DNA of 64,000 nucleotides from NCBI RefSeq assembly GCF_056746865.1, contig NZ_CM163382.1; one strand, 5' to 3'. Shown piece by piece: positions 59,408 to 64,000 of this stretch (position 1 is its first letter; each line of letters starts with the position of its first letter). The notes under the pieces were generated by a model. It saw only the letters and a program-made list of their open reading frames with translations, ran no database searches and was not told where the DNA came from. The position numbers and the translations under genes were made by a program.

Positions 59408-60910
59408 ATGAATATCAGAAAACTGTTTTGTCCGGGCAACACACCCCAGATTTTATTGTTTTTATTCTTTTTTATTGTTTCTGTAATAACCACAATTGCA
59501 TGCGGATACACTGAGAAGAATGCCACAGGAAATGTGCTGCTTCTGTTTCTCCTTCTTCTCCTTGCACACAGAAATACCCTCACATCCATTACAGCGCTGT
59601 TATTTCTGTTCTGTTGTGCACTGTATGCGCCTGCCGGTATGACGTACGGTAAAATCAACAACAGTTTTATTGTCGCGTTGTTGCAGACCACAACTGATGA
59701 GGCAGCGGAGTTTACCGGGATGATTCCTGTTTATCATTTTCTGGTCAGTGCCGCGATTCTGGTATTCATGGTGATTTTCTGGCGGACACATCACCGTGGT
59801 CACCGTAACTGGCTGGCACTGCTGCTGTTCGTATTATGCTCAGTAAACAGCTGGCCGTTGCGGATGGTTAAAGGAACTGTTGTGGGGACAACTGACACAT
59901 TGCGTGAAATGCAGCATTATAAACAACTGAGTCAGCACGGGGCTGACAACTGGAAAATCCTGCCGGGAACACCGTTATATGACACGATTGTGATTGTCAC
60001 TGGTGAGAGTGTGCGCAGGGATTATATGTCGGTATATGGCTATCCCGTGCCAACCACGCCGTGGCTGAATACAGCTCCCGGTTTATTTATTGACGGCTAT
60101 ACATCGGCAGCAGCCAGTACCGTACCTTCCCTGAGCCGGACACTGATTTATGACTATGAGCAGAACCCTGATTCCGGCAACAACGTGGTGGCGCTGGCAG
60201 CAAAAGCAGGATACAGCACATGGTGGATATCCAATCAGGGAAAACTGGGAGAGCATGACACACGCATCTCTGTTATTGCTTCTGATGCGGAGCATACCGT
60301 TTTCCTCAAGAAAGGCAGCTTCGCTTCCCGTAAAACGGATGACATGTTGTTGTTACAGGAAACAGAACGTGCGCTGGCGGATAAATCCTCTCCGAAGGTG
60401 ATTTTCCTGCACATGATTGGCTCTCATCCGAATCCGTGTGACCGACTTAACTCCTGGCCGAATTATTACCTGGAGCAGTATCCCCGAAAGATTGCCTGTT
60501 ACCTCGCCAGCATCAGTAAACTGGATAACTTTCTCGGTCAGCTTGATGGTATCCTTCGCCGGCATTCCCGTCATTTCGTCATGCTTTACTTTTCTGACCA
60601 TGGGCTGTCGGTCAGCGACAGTGCTAATCCTGTTCATCATGATGGTCATGTGCAGGGAGGCTACAGCGTTCCCCTGATTATTACCGCCAGTGACATCACG
60701 TCTCATCAGTCCGTCAGCAGAAAAATCAGTGCCCGTCATTTCGCAGGTATTTTTCAGTGGCTGACCGGCATTCGTACTGAAAATATACCGCCATTCAATC
60801 CGCTGACAGACGAAGATAATGAACTCATTATGGTTTTTAACGGAGACAAGAATGTACCGACAGACAGTCTTGAGTCACAACCTCTGATTCTTCCGGGCAA
60901 GGGAAAATAA
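59408..60910 (+). CDS. Phosphoethanolamine transferase (sulfatase-family), full-length paralog
   Basis: 500 aa; N-terminal TM region followed by a sulfatase-type domain. Confidence 0.6.
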   Translation: MNIRKLFCPGNTPQILLFLFFFIVSVITTIACGYTEKNATGNVLLLFLLLLLAHRNTLTSITALLFLFCCALYAPAGMTYGKINNSFIVALLQTTTDEAAEFTGMIPVYHFLVSAAILVFMVIFWRTHHRGHRNWLALLLFVLCSVNSWPLRMVKGTVVGTTDTLREMQHYKQLSQHGADNWKILPGTPLYDTIVIVTGESVRRDYMSVYGYPVPTTPWLNTAPGLFIDGYTSAAASTVPSLSRTLIYDYEQNPDSGNNVVALAAKAGYSTWWISNQGKLGEHDTRISVIASDAEHTVFLKKGSFASRKTDDMLLLQETERALADKSSPKVIFLHMIGSHPNPCDRLNSWPNYYLEQYPRKIACYLASISKLDNFLGQLDGILRRHSRHFVMLYFSDHGLSVSDSANPVHHDGHVQGGYSVPLIITASDITSHQSVSRKISARHFAGIFQWLTGIRTENIPPFNPLTDEDNELIMVFNGDKNVPTDSLESQPLILPGKGK

Positions 60911-61269
60911 GAGTAATGTTCATCACCAGGTTATGTACGATGAGTTTTCCACTGTTTATAGCAATTATCTTGCTAATAACCAGACAGGAGTAACCAGACC
61001 AACCGAAAACACCGGGGAGGTGATTACCCGCTGGCAGAGGAAATCCGGTTTTTTTTGATGTCAGCCATAACGTGTTTGACAATAAAGCATTATGAAAGGG
61101 TGTTAATGAGTCCATGGGATAATTCATAAAAATAATTTACTGTGTTGTCCTTTTCAAAAGAAATATTCAGAAGATAACCCCTGGCTGACAACCAGGGAAA
61201 GGGGACATTAACAGTGTTATTATTGGTGGATAAATTATTACTTGTGTGCAGGATACACTAATGCGATAT

Positions 61270-62289
61270 CTACTGATACTGTATGCCAGAATGTTTCCTG
61301 CCTGCTGCTGAAAACGGCAATATCCAGGGCCAGACATATTCACCATTCATATTTCTGCATTTCTGTACAATTTTCTCAGAAAGCGTCTCATCAATTCTTT
61401 CACGCAACTTCTCCTGCTGTCTTAAAATACTTTCGCATATTTCGAAATCATCTTCCTGCATCAGCATTTCGGCGCATTTAATGATTTCTGCCCGTTCATG
61501 CAGCACAGAGGAATGGTTATAGAGCCAGTTTACAAACAGCAATGCTTCCGGATATTGTCCCCATAATGGTGAGTATGTTGCATAATAATCTTCGGCAGTA
61601 TCCGGCCCGGCAGAATAGTTATGCCATACAGCAAGAGGAAATGGATGCAGATTTCCGCACAGCATTTCCGCGATGTAAGTATTTGCCGCAAATCCGCGAC
61701 GAAATGCAGTTGCAGCTTTTACCTGTTCCCCATTAAGAAAATGCAGAAGACCAAGTTCATACCAGTAAGGTGAAAATTCATCAGCATGTTTTTTCAGTAC
61801 ACTGAAGGCTCGCTCATGATCACCTGTTCGTAACAGTTCTGAGCCCAACAACCAGCGGGCACCCTGATTATCTTCAGGATTGTATGCCAGTATTTTATCA
61901 GTAAGCATAACCGCATCCTGATGACGCTGTAAGTGCACATTTGCGAGAATTGCTGCATAAAGTGCGCGCAGATAAGGCCGGTTTTCGGGATGCATCCAGA
62001 TGATTTCACCACTGAAACTTTCCGGGATGAGACGATTACCTGCCGCCAGTCCTTTAAGAGCGGCGTTCAGTGCCTTACGCGGGGCATTCTGCTCCAGAAA
62101 TGCATATGCCAGATGAGCGTGTATATCAATAAAGTCAGGCTCCTGTTGAGCAAGGCGTCTGAGTTTGTTGATATAACCCGTCTCACTGATTTCATCAGTG
62201 TCGTATGCATCAAGCACTTCTTCAAACTCCCCCAGTAATGGGCCAAACCAGGTATCCGGAAATACGAAACGACCCTGGTTATTGTTCAC
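61270..62289 (-). CDS. Hypothetical protein (339 aa, possibly helical-repeat)
   Basis: Intact ORF; no family recognised. Confidence 0.35.
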   Translation of the reverse strand: MNNNQGRFVFPDTWFGPLLGEFEEVLDAYDTDEISETGYINKLRRLAQQEPDFIDIHAHLAYAFLEQNAPRKALNAALKGLAAGNRLIPESFSGEIIWMHPENRPYLRALYAAILANVHLQRHQDAVMLTDKILAYNPEDNQGARWLLGSELLRTGDHERAFSVLKKHADEFSPYWYELGLLHFLNGEQVKAATAFRRGFAANTYIAEMLCGNLHPFPLAVWHNYSAGPDTAEDYYATYSPLWGQYPEALLFVNWLYNHSSVLHERAEIIKCAEMLMQEDDFEICESILRQQEKLRERIDETLSEKIVQKCRNMNGEYVWPWILPFSAAGRKHSGIQYQ

Positions 62290-62298
62290 TTCAAAGCG

Positions 62299-63068
62299 GG
62301 TGATGCTGCCAACTTACTGATTTAGTGTATGATGGTGTTTTTGAGGTGCTCCAGTGGCTTCTGTTTCTATCAGCTGTCCCTCCTGTTCAGCTACTGACGG
62401 GGTGGTGCGTAACGGCAAAAGCACCGCCGGACATCAGCGCTATCTCTGCTCTCACTGCCGTAAAACATGGCAACTGCAGTTCACTTACACCGCTTCTCAA
62501 CTCGGTACGCACCAGAAAATCATTGATATGGCCATGAATGGCGTTGGATGCCGGGCAACAGCCCGCATTATGGGCGTTGGCCTCAACACGATTTTACGTC
62601 ACTTAAAAAACTCAGGCCGCAGTCGGTAACCTCGCGCATACAGCCGGGCAGTGACGTCATCGTCTGCGCGGAAATGGACGAACAGTGGGGCTATGTCGGG
62701 GCTAAATCGCGCCAGTTCGCCCGGATGTTGGGACTTGAACCGAAGAACACGGCGGTGCGGAGTCCGGAGAGTAACGGCATAGCAGAGAGCTTCGTGAAAA
62801 CGATAAAGCGTGATTACATCAGTATCATGCCCAAACCAGACGGGTTAATGGCAGCAAAGAACCTTGCAGAGGCGTTCGAGCATTATAACGAATGGCATCC
62901 GCATAGTGCACTGGGTTATCGCTCGCCACGGGAATATCTACGGCAGCGGGCCAGTAATGGGTTAAGTGATAACAGGTGTCTGGAAATATAGGGGCAAATC
63001 CACTGCATGACAAAGTCATCGGGCATTATCTGAACATAAAACACTATCAATAAGTTGGAGTCATTACC
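62299..63068 (+). mobile_element. IS1::IS2 chimeric remnant
   Basis: IS1 left end and insA (62354-62629) and insB 5' part, joined near 62713 to the last 290 bp or so of IS2 (ending GGGGCAAATCCA at 63002), followed by the last 66 bp of IS1 (63003-63068). Confidence 0.75.
62354..62629 (+). CDS. insA: IS1 InsA
   Basis: 91 aa [23 protein letters not shown]... Confidence 0.8.
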   Translation: MASVSISCPSCSATDGVVRNGKSTAGHQRYLCSHCRKTWQLQFTYTASQLGTHQKIIDMAMNGVGCRATARIMGVGLNTILRHLKNSGRSR

Positions 63069-63217
63069 GACGAAGCGATAGCGATAATGACTGAAAGCGG
63101 AAAAATAAAAACAAATTGAATAATGTGTTTGGTAATGAATTTATCGGGGGGAATTGGGCATATCTACCGCTTACGTCGAGCCGCTCACACCCGGTCAATG
63201 ACCTGACAATCTCCCGG

Positions 63218-63239
63218 CAAGTCCCGACGTCGGGACTTG
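63218..63239. repeat. Perfect 22-bp palindrome
   Basis: CAAGTCCCGACGTCGGGACTTG is its own reverse complement. Confidence 0.6.
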
Positions 63240-63568
63240 CGCCCCTGACACCGAAAAATAGCAGGAACCCGCTCGCTACGGGTCCTCAGCTCAGTGCAAA
63301 CCTGACTCAGCTCCTGCATTGCATCCCCGAAATTACCACACTCAGTACTTCATCACCTGCCACCAATACCCGTGTCAGTCCTTCGTGACCTGACGCAATT
63401 ACCCGACTCAGAGCTTCAGAGTCAGCCGCCGGTACCTGCCCGGTGCTCGCCCCTGCGCAACCAAGATAAATCGACCATTGGCAGACTGCGATCATTCGTA
63501 TGCATCGCTGATGACGCGCCCGAAAAACGCGTTAATGTAAGTGTGGAACAATACTTTGTTACTATGCA

Positions 63569-64000
63569 TCAAAAAAAGTATTTGAAACGTAATCGGGCAC
63601 CGTAACGATCATCGGTAATGTCACAATTACTATATCTACAGTTACTATCCAGAATTGAGTAATAAGCCCCGAGGTAAATATTAAAGTTCTCCATATCCAT
63701 CACATTAGCAAACTGATAAGATGCATGAATGGTGTGAATGTTGTATATTCCTTCACCATCAATCCAGCAACCATTATTACACACGACACCACTAAATTCA
63801 TCAATCTTATTATGTGCGTAGATATAACCCAGTTCGAAACGTTTCCACAGAGCATTAATACTGGCAGTGAAATCTTTCTCATTACTGGCATCCAAATAGG
63901 CGGTATTAAGAGTAACCACGATGCCATTTTCCGGATCTGTTTTCAGACCGTTCCATGTCATGCTAATACCATAACCGGAACGATTGGACTGATCGACAAA
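63569..64000 (-). CDS. Putative outer-membrane beta-barrel protein, C-terminal part (N-terminus beyond window end)
   Basis: Minus-strand frame open to the window end; C-terminus ...RLRFKYFF with terminal aromatic residue and alternating hydrophobic pattern. Confidence 0.35.
   Translation of the reverse strand, partial: FVDQSNRSGYGISMTWNGLKTDPENGIVVTLNTAYLDASNEKDFTASINALWKRFELGYIYAHNKIDEFSGVVCNNGCWIDGEGIYNIHTIHASYQFANVMDMENFNIYLGAYYSILDSNCRYSNCDITDDRYGARLRFKYFF

Noticed and set aside
62548-62991. 147-aa ORF as a genuine gene
   Set aside because: It is a fusion of the IS1 InsB N-terminus with the IS2 InsD C-terminus created by a deletion, not a functional gene.
63569-64000. Identifying the partial outer-membrane gene as nanC because yjhBC-like genes are nearby
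   Set aside because: The C-terminal sequence does not match what I recall of NanC and the local gene order is rearranged; left as an unassigned beta-barrel protein.

Overview
Enterobacterial (Escherichia/Shigella-like) accessory region in which, by my coordinate estimate, roughly 45% of the 64 kb is insertion-sequence DNA, much of it nested or decayed. All identifications are from reading the translations and sequence by eye; no database search was run. IS content: IS1, IS2, IS3 (carrying an intact group II intron), IS911 remnant, three IS629 copies, IS100, two IS21-family elements, three IS66-family copies, an IS110-family pseudogene and three copies of an unnamed IS3-family element. Cargo between them: amiC (3' end off-window), a ParB-like ibrB-type gene, phoX, decayed iron-ABC-transporter and ugpB pseudogenes, a PerC-like regulator, asrABC remnants, a divergent cytochrome b562-like gene, yjhBC-like genes, two phosphoethanolamine-transferase paralogs flanking a Tia/Hek-like outer-membrane gene, and a defence island. 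The defence island (35.2-47.3 kb) is the main hunt result: a DinJ-like RHH gene, a type I R-M operon hsdM-hsdS-hsdR, then an uncharacterised two-gene cassette (4-TM protein plus 280-aa soluble protein) translationally coupled to the 3' end of hsdR, then rhuM. hsdR and rhuM are each split by a simple IS629 insertion with a 3-bp target duplication. The cassette is the best candidate for an undescribed or Kiwa-like anti-phage module, but this is inference from context and architecture only. No rRNA, tRNA or CRISPR array was seen.
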